A stretch of 64,000 nucleotides of DNA from Felis catus. Its lineage: Eukaryota. Shown in pieces: positions 53,283-64,000 of this stretch; positions within the stretch are counted from its first letter, which is position 1, and each line of letters begins with the position of its first letter. The stretch is taken from the NCBI RefSeq assembly GCF_018350175.1, contig NC_058369.1, positions 11,410,001 through 11,474,000 of the forward strand. The letters run 5' to 3'. The notes under the pieces are model-generated. The model searched no databases and was not told the DNA's origin. It saw nothing but the letters and a program-made list of their open reading frames with translations. The position numbers and the translations under genes are program-made.

Positions 53283-53819
53283 TCAGTCTGTGGGAACGTC
53301 ACCTTCGGGCTCTGCATCCGTCTGCTCCGTCTGCTTCTCTTTGGCTCCCGCAGCAGCCGGGGCAGGAGCAGGAGCAGGGGCAGGGGCAGGGGCAGGGGCA
53401 GGGGCAGGGGCAGGGGCAGGAGCAGGGGCTACCTCGGCGCCCTCCACCTCTGCTGCCACTTCGCCTCCAGCTTCAGCGGCCTCATTGCTGGCCAGGGCGG
53501 CTTCACCCCCAGCCTCTGCTTCAGCGCTGCCCTTCTCAGATGCCGTGCCACACGGTGTCTCCATTTCTCCCAGCTGTTCAGAGTGGGGGCCACAAGTGGC
53601 CTCCGCCGAGTCCACGGGGCCTTCCCCTTCGGCCAGCATTTCACTGCGTTCCGGAGCAGGCGCTCCCGCCCCGTCTACGGCTCTCACTGCTGCCGTAATA
53701 ACCTCAGCTAAGACCTCCGCAGCCACCTCTTCAGGTGTCTCTTCCTTATCCTCACCTCCTAAATTGTCATCTCCTTCGACTTCTGGATCAACGGCTTCGT
53801 TGGTGAAAGGGTCTTCACC
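53283..53819 (-). CDS. AKAP8: AKAP8 last coding exon (exon 14): GEDPFT..., PKA-RII-binding helix [19 protein letters not shown], (AP)12 tract, stop TGA at 53283-53285
   Basis: cttcttggccag|GGTGAAGACCCTTTC; 537 nt in frame to TGA. Matches the human AKAP8 C-terminus. Confidence 0.97.
   Translation of the reverse strand, partial: GEDPFTNEAVDPEVEGDDNLGGEDKEETPEEVAAEVLAEVITAAVRAVDGAGAPAPERSEMLAEGEGPVDSAEATCGPHSEQLGEMETPCGTASEKGSAEAEAGGEAALASNEAAEAGGEVAAEVEGAEVAPAPAPAPAPAPAPAPAPAPAPAPAAAGAKEKQTEQTDAEPEGDVPTD
53358..53429 (-). repeat. Coding hexamer repeat (GCCCCT/GCTCCT)12 encoding (Ala-Pro)12
   Basis: 72 nt counted directly in frame within the last AKAP8 exon. Confidence 0.95.
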
Positions 53820-54570
53820 CTGGCCAAGAAGAGGAAAAGGTCAATGCGGCCTACAGAGCTGTCCAGATGAAAGGCTGAAGGTGGCCCAGGCGGCCAGGAG
53901 TCCGGGTTCTTATGATGCCCCCTCAACAACAGAAATGCCTTCAACTACAGCAGGGGGGTTAATCCTACGGGTGCTCAGGGCCTATGGATCCAGAAAAGCT
54001 TCACCACAACTGTTTTGCCTTTTAACTTTAATTTTCTTATTTAGTTAGCTAGGGCGTATGGTGTAAGCAGAATAAGGGGGTATTCTTGGTTTTAACATTA
54101 GTAATTTCAATCTCTGCAATGGGTTTTTGAAAGATACTTTTCCCCCTTCTTCAAAGGCTTTGTAAAATTTAGAGGAGAGTATTTACAAATATTTAACACA
54201 ATAACTGCTCCCCCGCCCCGGTTTTGCACTTTTTAATCCAAGCATATAATTAATAGTGAAGTTCAAAAAGACCTAAGATTTCTTAACCCAATTAAAGCAA
54301 GAAAATCCTCATAACAGGAAGCTGAGTTTCAAATTTTAGTTTAAGTACACAGCCCTGGTTATATAAGAGTTGCCCCATTTTGCAGACAAGGAAATGAGTC
54401 TCAGCAACTTGTCAAAGGCCACACGACTATTAAGCATCAATCAGGATTGAACCCAAGTCAGACTCTGAGAAACCAAACTTCTTTCAGCGTATGCTACAAC
54501 TGCCTCTAGTTTAGAAAAAGTAAACGTCACCACCGGCAGATTAGGAAACAGGTTTTAAAATATGGTGTTT

Positions 54571-54680
54571 AGGGGATGCCTGGCTGGCTCAGTCAGTGGA
54601 GCATGCGACTTTTGGTCTCAGGGTTGTGAGTTCGAGCCCCACAGTAGGCGTAGAGATGACTTAAAAAAAAAAATCTTTTA
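54571..54680 (+). mobile_element. Short Can-SINE with TSD aaaatatggtgttt (AKAP8 intron 13)
   Basis: ggggatgcctggctggctcagtcagtggagcatg; flanking duplication present. Confidence 0.85.
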
Positions 54681-54812
54681 AATATACGAATACATAAAAT
54701 ATGGTGTTTGAAGCTTGCGTCTACACCTGACTCAAAAAACTTTAAATCTGTTTAAGCCATGACACAAAACACTGACCAGTCATGGTTATTTATTTAGATC
54801 CTATGATGCCTT

Positions 54813-55042
54813 GGGGCGCCTGGGTGGCACAGTCGGTTAACCTGCCGACTTCAGCTCAGGTCACGATCTTGTGGTCCGTGAGTTCGAGCCCCGCGTCGGG
54901 CTCTGGGCTGATGGCTCAGAGCCTGGAGCCTGCTTCCGATTCTGTGTCTCCCTCTCTCTCTGCCCCTCCCCCGTTCATGCTCTGTCTCTCTCTGTCTCAA
55001 AAATAAATAAAACGTTAAAAAAAAAAAACAAAAAAAACAAAA
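54813..55042 (+). mobile_element. Young SINEC_Fc flanked by a 79-bp direct repeat
   Basis: Near-consensus copy with a long A tail; repeats at 54734-54812 and 55043-55121. Confidence 0.93.
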
Positions 55043-55121
55043 AAAAAACTTTAAATCTGTTTAAGCCATGACACAAAACACTGACCAGTCATGGTTATTT
55101 ATGTAGATCCTATGATGCCTT

Positions 55122-55320
55122 GGGGCGCCTGGGTGGCTCAGTCAGTTGAACGTCCAGTTGACTATTGATTTCGGCTCAGGTCATGATCCCAGAGTTGTGG
55201 GATCGAGCCCAGCGTCAGGCTCTGTGTTATGCATGGAGCCTACTTGAGACTCCCCCTCTCCCTCCCCGAACTTCGCACACGTGTGTGCTCTCTGATTAAA
55301 AAAATAAATGCAATAAAAAA
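55122..55320 (+). mobile_element. Older Can-SINE with TSD tagat.ct.tgatgcctt
   Basis: Diverged copy; second TSD copy at 55323-55340. Confidence 0.88.
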
Positions 55321-55993
55321 ATTAGATTCTGTGATGCCTTTTTACCGGGTAGCACGAAGCATCCAATACTGGCAGATTCAATAAATGAGAGGTGGGCAAA
55401 CAGATCCTTCCAGTCAGGCTGCGCTGGAGCCTAACTGCCAGCCCCAAACAGTGAGGTCTGGGGCTGAGCATTTAACAGATGGGCTTCCCAAGGAGGAACC
55501 AGGGGCTCTTCCAGCCGGACCTCTCTCTGGGGCACCCTCTCTGGGACTTTTTATTACTCTGCTCGGGTCACTAAGGCACAGTAGTCGTGGCACCACCAGC
55601 TCTTTCCTCCCCCTCCCTCTTGTTGGTTGTCTCTGCCAGCAAGTCTCTTTTTGGCTTCTTTCCTGGATAGTTAGCATCTAACTTGCATTCTTCTTTAAGC
55701 ATCTCACAATCACTTGCTCAGGATTTCATGGATATTCAAGCTTTCCCATGGTGAGCCAGCACCACTGTAGGCGCAAATCAAGCAGGACCGTGTCCCAGAC
55801 CCCACGCAAGCAAGGGGGGGTCGCAGGAAACCCACCGCCATGGAATTGCCAAACCTGACACCTTCCGGCGTCCCTTGATTCTTCAAAAGACTTAGAAATG
55901 CTAAATACTGTACTCTGGGTGCAATTCTGCACTTGTAGAGTTCATCCTCCATTCCAAAATCTTCTCCCGTACACTGGACCCCTAAGCACAAAC

Positions 55994-56089
55994 CTTGAGG
56001 TATTTTTCCAGCATCTTCACTATGTGTCTGTTGTTCAAAACACTCTTAGCCACATGGAGACTGGTTTTCTTGAACTGTTCAGCAGCCAA
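55994..56089 (-). CDS. AKAP8: AKAP8 coding exon (96 nt; exon 13), [32 protein letters not shown]
   Basis: ctttgcag|TTGGCT...CTCAAG|gtttgt; phase 0 at both ends. Confidence 0.96.
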
Positions 56090-57207
56090 CTGCAAAGGGA
56101 ACCAAACGTGGACTTTTAGACCTGGTGTGCAGCAAGGAGCAAGAAAACTAGCCAGGCTACCCTGAGTTGCCCTGGGATCAGCCCTAAACAAGAAAAAGAC
56201 CAGTATCTTTCTTCACTGTGGCAAGTGGCAAGTCCCAAAATGCCAGACTCCCATAAGGAAAGAAGGCCCTGGAGAGACACTGGAACTGGGACAGTGTAGA
56301 AAAGTCTGATCACCACTGACACACCAGGGCCTGCCAGGTACCGTGTGCACGAACAAGCATGAAACGAGAATATTTACACATCAGATGCTATGCGGACTCA
56401 GCATGGGAAAAGGACAAGTTTTTTCTTTTCAGTTTCTTGAGTTAAGGTGACTTTATGAGTAAATTCAACGGCAGAAGTAGGGATTCTGCAACCACCTGGA
56501 TTATTTTTGATCTTGGCCCACTGAAACGATACTGCCTATTTGTGTTGTGTTTCCTGGATGATCTTTAATCAACTAGGAGATGCACAGGCAGGTACTGACA
56601 TCTCCGTTTGATAGTCGGGTGAACGAAGGACAGAGACAAAAACCAGGGCTCAGCAAGTGAGCTTAGGGGACACATGCGGCCACACCCACTACTTCTGTAC
56701 TCTGGCTGCTGGTGCCCATCAGCAGCAGACTTGACATGTCAAGAGACCCCATGGAAGTATCTGCCACGTGACCCTTTATAAAAAACCTGCCAACACCCTG
56801 AGTCTACACGTTTATAGCCTCAGTCCCCACCAGCTAGTTAAGCCCCAATCCGTTCTTAACTCTGGGACCCCCAGGCCACTGTGCTCTGAATGGCCCTCAG
56901 CCTCAGCTTATAGGAAATCTGGTTTGTCAACAACTAGGAAATTTACCTGTGTGGCTTACAGGGAACATTCTCAACCAGGAGAATTTCACCTCCTCTACTG
57001 AAGTCCGTTGTTAAGTAACACATTTTCTCACATTTTAACAGAAATTCGGACGTGTCTTACAATCCACTGACGAAATGACAGACTCAACAGAGTATGTTAA
57101 AAAGCTCCTCAAGATGCTCGCATTCCCCACAAGACACAGAAGGCCCCGTGTCCCACCGGTGGCAGCCTGGAAAGGCTCGGCTGGCTCGGCACGAGGAGGG
57201 GACTCAC

Positions 57208-57338
57208 CCTGCGGTTGTGATTGTGGTCGACCGAGTGCAGGTGCCGCTGGAGGAGCTGATGCTGCGCGGGGATCAGCATGTCACAAGCCAGGCAGTGAGC
57301 CGCCTCTATCTTCTTGAAAAAGTGCTCCTGGCCGATCC
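57208..57338 (-). CDS. AKAP8: AKAP8 coding exon (131 nt; exon 12), AKAP95-type zinc finger 2 (CLAC...HLHSVDH)
   Basis: cccatag|GGATCGGC...CGCAGG|gtgagt. Translates [43 protein letters not shown]. Confidence 0.97.
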
Positions 57339-57769
57339 CTATGGGTACAACCCAAGTCTGGCGCAATTTGGGACAGCATCAGGTGATACTGTCCTCCTGC
57401 TCCCCAACAGGGCCCACGTTTTGTCCTGGTGGGTTCGTCCCCAAGGATCGGGTTAGGGCAGAAATCTGTGACAGGCAACACCCGCCCTCTAGCAGGAGGG
57501 TCTGTGCTAGCAGACGGAAGCACATCTGCACTGGGCAATTTTACTCAACTTTTTTCATCCATCTGGTCATTTCATACAAAGGACGAAGAAACATCAGGGG
57601 GCGTAGTATCACTCCGAAAAGCCACCAGTAAAGTGACCTGCATTAGACACACTCAAGGGCTTCTATCCATTGCTAGGTGTCCCACCCGAGGGTCCTCAGG
57701 TCACATGCTCAGCAACCTTACAACGGGCTGGCTTTGCACCCAGCCGCGCGCCCCAAGACCACGACTCAC

Positions 57770-57863
57770 CTTTGAAAGGGTCTGGTTTGGGTTTTGTGCT
57801 TTCCTTCTCCATCAGCTCCTGACGCCGCTTCTCAATTTTCTTATTCCTGTTTACGATGTACTC
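57770..57863 (-). CDS. AKAP8: AKAP8 coding exon (94 nt; exon 11), [31 protein letters not shown](G)
   Basis: tctctag|GAGTAC...TTCAAAG|gtgagt. Frame is continuous with the flanking exons. Confidence 0.96.
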
Positions 57864-58193
57864 CTAGAGAAGATGGCACCGAATGAAATGGCAGGGCGCT
57901 GTGTCTGCCTGTCTCCCGGCCGCACCAGAGGCGGCTCACTGAGGGCGGCTGCCAAGCCCCTGGAGGAGGACAGCCTTGTCTCAGCCGCCCCGGGACGGGG
58001 ACATGGCTCTCCGAGCAGCTCGCGGGAACTACAATGGCCAGAGCGCTCGGCTCTCCCTCGGACCTGGGACTTGTACACTGTTATTCTGGAAAGCCCAGGC
58101 CTCATACTTCCCTTCCCCGTCCCTTCTCCGTGAGGGATCCGACTCCGGCAGGCCCATCAGGAAACACTGTGATGGACACCAAGTGTGCTTTAC

Positions 58194-58335
58194 CTGGAGG
58201 AACTGTACGGTCTTGTCAGGGAGTTTGGTACTTATAAATCTCAGTGTCTCTTTGTGAAATTTGCTTTGTAGATGCTTCTGGATTTCATCTTCTTCAAAGC
58301 TACGAAACTTGCACACAGAACAGGCGAACTGAATC
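58194..58335 (-). CDS. AKAP8: AKAP8 coding exon (142 nt; exon 10), AKAP95-type zinc finger 1 (CSVC...HLQSKFH)
   Basis: ctctccag|GATTCAG...CTCCAG|gtaaag. Translates [47 protein letters not shown]. Confidence 0.97.
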
Positions 58336-58719
58336 CTGGAGAGGGAAGACGAAAAGAGCAATGATGCAATCAGTTCACCTCCAGTCAGAACTGCAATGGA
58401 AACGGGAAAGCAATTTCTATACCAAGACTTCTGACTTCGCACAGGGCATCAGAGTAGCCATTACCCCAGGTTTCCCCATGTCAAGAATGGGAGTAAAACC
58501 TTGCGAGTAGTTCAGGGAGGTGATTCATGCACCATTCCAGTCTGCTGGGCCCAAAGGCCCCTAAGAGAGCACCCTAAGGTGGAGATTTTCCAAAACTGTG
58601 GACTCTCTAAAAGCCTCCAGACCACTGCTCTGGGGGGGGGGGGGGGGGGGCATAGTAATTCCATAACTTCTTTCTGCAGCCACCAGAATAACATGAGATA
58701 ACCTCATTTAAAAACATTG

Positions 58720-59133
58720 TTTTTACATGTTTATCTTTGAGAGAGAGCACACAAGCAAGCTCATTGATTGGGGGAGGGGCAGAGAGAGGGAGACACAGAA
58801 TCCGAAGCAGGCTCCAGTCTCTGAGCTGTCAGCACAGAACCCAACGTGGGGCTTGAACCCATGAACTGCGAGATTATGACCTAAGCCGAAGTCAGATGCC
58901 CAACCGCTGAGCCACCCAGACACCGCTGTATACTCTTTTTAATGTTTATTTTTGAGAGAATGGACATGAGCAGGGGAGGGGCAGGGAGACAGAGGGAGAC
59001 ACAGAATCCAAAGAAGGCTCCAGGCTCTGAGCTGTCAGCACAGAGCCCGAAGTGGGGCTCCAACCCACGAACCTCGAGATCATGACCTGAGCTGAAGTCG
59101 GATGCCCAATGGACTGAGCCACCCAGGCACCCC
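58720..59133 (-). mobile_element. Two tandem antisense Can-SINEs in AKAP8 intron 9
   Basis: Two bodies, each ending ctgagccacccag. Confidence 0.9.
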
Positions 59134-59782
59134 TGAGGTAACCTCCGTGAGGGGGTATTCCTGGAAGACCTTACACAATTTAAAACCTATAAAACCCAAG
59201 ATAAGTTTTCCCATGGGACTCAATGTAAAGACCTGTCATATCAAATTTTACAGCTAAAACCACATTTCTTTGTTGCCTGCTTTCAAAATCTCACAAATGC
59301 AGTCACGCTGTAGGGCAAGAGGAGAGCAGCTTGCAGAGCCCTATGCCCCCAGAGCGGGGCGCTGCTTCCCTCGGCTCTGCCCAGGAGGCCCTGGCGCACA
59401 TGGGGTAATAGCATGGACCGGGTGGCACTCAGGAGTCCTCATCTACCAACTCAGACTGCTGCCGGCCCCCGATGGCAGGCTTCTCCTCTCTGGACAAGAT
59501 ATGACATTTACTTTTGCACATACTCTCATTGGAGGAGTGCACAGAAAAAGTTCTGGGGCCCTATGTGTACGAATGCGTACAACTCTCAGGAAGCTACCAA
59601 ATAAATACAGGGTTCACGCTTCCTTGTGACTATTTCTCCAAGTCTCTTTGAGGACCCTCTGTCACTAGGGTGGAGTCTAAAGATTCCTTCTGGAGAAAAT
59701 GTCATCTCCGTTCTCATACAGCATGGAAATAGACCTGATCTAGCCATCGTTCGTTACTTATTCATTTACAAACAAGCATTTC

Positions 59783-60010
59783 AGGGACGCCTGGGTGGCT
59801 CAGTTGGTTAATCGCCCGACTCCTGATTTCGGCTCAGGTCGCGATCTCCTGGTTCATGAGTTTGAGCCCCACATCGGGCTCCGTGCTAATGGTGCAGAGC
59901 CTGTTTGGGATTCTCTCTCTCCCTCTCTCTCTGCCCCTTCCCTGCTTGCTCACTCCCAAAATAAGTAAATAAACTTAAAAAACTAAAAATAAAAACAAAA
60001 ACAAAAACAA
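59783..60010 (+). mobile_element. Can-SINE
   Basis: gggacgcctgggtggctcag head and A-rich tail. Confidence 0.9.
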
Positions 60011-60542
60011 ATGTTTCGATGAATTTCTGTTTAACACTTGGAAGTGCCTACTTTCCAGTTCCTGGCTTTCCTGCCTCTACAGTTAGCTCTTTTGCTAACA
60101 TCTGTTTTGCACTTCTCTGCACAGGAAAAGCACCACCCCATTTGAGCCATAAAGGATTCCCCATCAGGTCATACAGAGAGCCTGTGTGTAGAGAAACAGC
60201 CGCGAGCAGTCAAGTCCTGAGCAACCAAGCACTCACTAGGCCACCAGTGGTTTCCATTTCTAGTCAGCAGCCACCTGATCACTGAAAAGGCAGAGAGGCA
60301 CATGGTGTGGTCACACCAACACCCTTCGCACTTTTGCAATTCTTTTTATACCTAGAGACTAAATTTGTAAAGTAAAGTAGCACCTAAACGTATACAATTG
60401 CCATGCCGAACTCCAGAGGGGGTCGGGATTTGGTCAAGACACCCAAAGCACCTTCTTAGCAGCTCTGCTGAAGTTCACCTGTCTGGGGTGACAGATATAA
60501 GCCATGGACTGGGAAACTCCCTACCGGTCGGCAGGAGAGCAA

Positions 60543-60561
60543 TAGCGCCCCCTGCTGGACA
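60543..60561 (-). promoter_or_regulatory. Strong CTCF motif TGTCCAGCAGGGGGCGCTA in AKAP8 intron 9
   Basis: Near-perfect match to the CTCF core consensus CCASYAGRKGGCRS. Confidence 0.7.
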
Positions 60562-60772
60562 CATGCGGGCCAGCGACTCACTGGCAAGAACGTAGTGCCA
60601 TCGGCATCTCCCAAGTTTTGTCTCCTCTCGACCTCACTTGCATTTCCTGACAGACACCACAGTCAGATCAAACCAGACCGCTCCTGCGTCGTGCAGTGAA
60701 GACAGATGAGCTCAGGAGAACCTCACCAGTGCCCGGGTTCCTGCCAACCTCCCCCCGGGCCTGCCTCCTCAC

Positions 60773-60860
60773 CTGTCTGCCGCTCGGTCTCGCATGCGGT
60801 CTCTCCTCCTTTGCTTTTCCTTTCTCTTCTTTACTTCATCATCCTCATCGTCCTTCTCTC
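60773..60860 (-). CDS. AKAP8: AKAP8 coding exon (88 nt; exon 9), basic NLS-like segment [28 protein letters not shown]
   Basis: ttacag|GAGAG...GACAG|gtgagg. Matches human [30 protein letters not shown]. Confidence 0.95.
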
Positions 60861-62824
60861 CTGTAACAGAGAAGTCCCTTCGAGACGCCCTGAGGAGCCT
60901 GCAGAGATGCTGAGCACCAGGGCTTGGTGGGGACCACGGCTCGGCCACCACCAGGCACCCCGTGCCTGCTGCCACCTCCAACACAGCAGGGTCAGGATAC
61001 CCTGAGGCACCAATAGTCTGTCAAAGGCTCCCAACAGGGATAGGCCTTTGATGAGAACCCTTGGGAGTTCTCAGGGAGTCCGCTCACATGCCCCCATGGT
61101 GTGACGAGGCTGGGATGGGCCAGGGACCCGGCCTGCCCATCCCACTCACACCACAGCCACCTGCTCTCTCTCTGTCCTTCCCTATCCTGCTTTTCTGATC
61201 CAGTGCCCTGCCATCGGTCTTCTCCCAAAATCACTTAAGGAGAGAGAGAAGCGATTCTTCCCAGATAAGAGGCAGCAGCGGGAAGGCCTCAGAAAATAGA
61301 GCAAGCCGCTCTACCGCCCTCCGTCCCACCTCTAGGTGGACCATGACGACTGTCCCGTCAGCCTCCTCTGAACTAGGGCCTCAGCAGGTCTGACAGTCCT
61401 TGCTGGCCCGAACTCTATCTTCCACTCACAAAAACCGTCCATCTAGGGCTTTCCCAGGGCTACGAGGGAAGCAGTCCTAGAAACAAAAGTGGGAAGAGAC
61501 CAATTGGTCCTCCGTCCGTCCCCTGGGGCCAGCGCAGAGGCTCCTCTGAGCGCTGTGCAGCCCAGCGTCCCGGCGTGAAGCGAGGCCAGGCCAGGTCACC
61601 ACGGCTCAGGGCCAGGGCCAGACACTGAAAAAAGGTTGGATAAGCATCTGAACTGTAACCCCTACCCCTGATGCCAGTCACGAGACTGTCCCACGAAGAT
61701 GGCGACCGGCGTGCGCTGCTCAGAAGCCTCTCAAAAGGGCGTGTGGGATTTTTGGCAAGAGGTCACTGCCTGAAACTATTACTGTTGTTTAATAGCAAAG
61801 TCATCCCGGGTAGGTAGCAGGACCTGCGCGCAATAAACATGTCACCTTTGCTTTAGCATTTACCCTGCTGCATGAGCTGCGTACTGCTGTGTGGTCCCAA
61901 GCCATAGGAGTAATCACTTCAATAAACAATGTGGGAGGGCCTCAGAGGGTTGGCCAAGTCTAAACACATAGAAGGAGCATCTAAGCCAGGGGCCTGCAGA
62001 TTTATGGCAGCAGAGCCACAAAGGAGCCAGCCTGTGATTCTTGGGGAAAACCAGCTATGGACAGACCAATGGGAACAGGAAAAGAAACAAATGGCAAGAT
62101 CAAGGCCACGGTGTCTCAGGCTGCTTCTCCACACCCCCCTGAAAGGGTTGAACCTTGCTCTGCTCTTGCCGCTTACTTGAGACTCTTCGGTCTCCCACAA
62201 TGGCACTGATGAGGCCTGCTGAGCAGGGAATATCTCTGGAGGACCCGGGCTTGGGTGCACGTGACAGGCCCTCCCCTTCCCCACCCCCCACCCCCAGCTC
62301 CCAACCCAGGAAGGTGTCTGAACTCAGTTCCACACAGCCATGTGTGCTGCTGCCGCCAGCATGCCCACCACAGAGGCTGAGAGCACAACGCTGGGCTGGC
62401 AACGCAGGGAAGTGTGAAAAGAAAGAAGCCCAGGAAAAAACAGTACAGGGACCTGCAACAGGCCAATAGGGAACAGAGCGGACAGGCTGGAGAGCACCTT
62501 TTCTTTTCTTTCTTGCGTTTCTGAGACTCTCCCTTCCCTGCCACTGCAAGCTGCTGCACATACTCAGAGATGAGGTTTGCCCCCTCTCGTGACAGCCTGT
62601 ATCAAGTGAGGCAGACAGACCTGTTTCCAGCAAGTGCTGCTCTAAGCACTGGAGCAAAGCCTGGGGGTGAGCACCACGGCCAAGGCCCACCCGGTGGCCA
62701 CGGCCCCTCTTCTGCCCTGAGCCGCCAGGCCCTCCATCCAGGCCCTGGGCTTGCTCAGAAGTCCAGCCTGGCCGGGAGCCGGGCAGTCACAGCAAAGCTC
62801 AGAGGGACATGGAGCGATGCCTAC

Positions 62825-62858
62825 CTCTCTGCCTCCCGGAGTCAAAGAACTCGTCCTC
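62825..62858 (-). CDS. AKAP8: AKAP8 coding exon (34 nt; exon 8 by human numbering), EDEFFDSGRQR(G)
   Basis: Minus strand tttttcag|GAGGACGAG...CAGAGAG|gtaggc. Resembles human AKAP8 EDELCDSGRQRG; phase fits the next exon. Confidence 0.88.
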
Positions 62859-63835
62859 CTGAAAAAGGGCACACACAAAGTTGGACGGTGAGGTGGAGTT
62901 TCCAGAACTCTCCACAACCAACCTAGCACCCTGCCACCACCTGGTCACGATGTGTCAGGACAAGTCTCAGGGCAGTGGGATAGAGGCTGTGTGTATCCTA
63001 TCACTATTCCTGGTTGCCTTCTGAGATTCTGTAACGACTAAAGTGCTGTTTTATTAAAGTCAGTGGCCCTCTTTCAGTTCTTTCTAAAGCTAAAGAATTC
63101 CCTCTGGCAAACACACCAGCGCAGTTCTGCACATGGGAATGCCAACAGCCCATCCGTCAGCTCTATATCAAGAAACCCTGATTTGTGGGATGCTAGTTCC
63201 AGCACTCTTTACTGAAAAGGAGCTTTACCAAATTTCCAGGCCATCTGTTTACATTTATCAAGGTAATAACAAATGCACCTAACTGAAAAGTGCAATACTG
63301 CCCATTTCTTAGCCATCAAGCTCAAGGTTAAATTACTCAGCAGCAGATACACAGAATATCTAGATCCCAGACTCGAAATCTAGGGAAGCTAGATAAAGAG
63401 CAAGTAAGATTCGCCCAGAAAAACCCGAAAATTCACTGTATTCTGCCTCCCCGACCCCCCACCCATCTGAGCATCAGAAGGACTTGGTTGAGACCTTCAT
63501 ATACTCAGATCTCCAGGCCCTGCCCCAGACATGGATCAGAATTTGCAGGGAGTGGGACGGGTAGGCAAAGGCCGACTCCCTAGGTGCTTGTGCATGGTCC
63601 TGGCTAAGAGTTGGCCTTAAATGCCTGTCTCTCATGATTGGTTTTGAAGGCGGAAAAACATGGAGGCAGCTGAGCACCAGCACAAAGCGGGCAGTAAGGC
63701 TTCCGTGCCAGTTTGAAAGCCTCAGCGCACACAGCCCACTGCACTTACCACGTGCGGAGCTAGGAACATCACTGAGGACACAGGAGTGTCTGTGGGGGAA
63801 GGGCTGGGAGTGTTTTCAGGAAGAGAAGCATCGTT

Positions 63836-64000
63836 GGTTTTTGTTTTAGAGAGAGAGAGTGAGAGAGTGCGCGCGCACAAGCGGGGGAAAGGGGCAGAGG
63901 GAGAGAGAGAATCCCAAACAGGTTCTGAGCTGTCAGCGTGTAGAGCCAGACGCAGGGCTCGATCCCACGACCCTGGGATCATGACCTGAGCAGAAATCAA
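63836..64000 (-). mobile_element. Can-SINE (runs off the window end)
   Basis: gagagagagtgagagag...ggatcatgacctgagcagaaatcaa. Confidence 0.85.

Noticed and set aside
53223..54048. + strand ORFs of 162 and 252 aa with RG/GA repeats
   Set aside because: Antisense shadows of the AKAP8 last exon and its hexamer repeat.
9566..59063. Many recurring short ORFs such as 'GAWVAQSVKRPTSAQVMIS...' and 'VREFEPRVGLCADSSEPGACF...'
   Set aside because: Translations of Can-SINE copies, not a gene family.
63480..63530. Possible AKAP8 exon 7
   Set aside because: No convincing match to the expected upstream peptide or splice phase; that exon probably lies beyond the window end.
1..64000. CRISPR arrays, prokaryotic operons or a novel multi-gene system
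   Set aside because: Eukaryotic intron-rich DNA; the repeats are explained by SINE, LINE, LTR and DNA-transposon relics and microsatellites, and there are no regularly spaced repeat-spacer arrays.

Overview
Mammalian genomic DNA, almost certainly felid: it is dense in tRNA-derived Can-SINEs of the cat SINEC_Fc type. The window is the BRD4-AKAP8 locus, with both genes on the minus strand. From 64,000 down to about 52,000 lie the last seven coding exons of AKAP8 (AKAP95; two C2H2-type zinc fingers, PKA-RII-binding helix) and its 3' UTR. About 42,600-51,300 is a very SINE-dense intergenic spacer. About 39,750-41,620 is the BRD4 promoter CpG island, with non-coding exon 1 and a probable alternative first exon. 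Positions 1-40,600 are BRD4 intron 1, containing L1, SINE, hAT and LTR relics; no BRD4 coding exon is in the window. I found no evidence of a new gene system. The most notable items are an (Ala-Pro)12 expansion in the AKAP8 C-terminus, a SINE with a 79-bp duplication ending exactly at an older SINE head, a candidate AKAP8 poison exon, alternative and divergent splice donors at the BRD4 promoter, and several small duplications that create TF motifs. Gene and repeat names are from recall of homologous sequences, not from database searches, and repeat boundaries are approximate.
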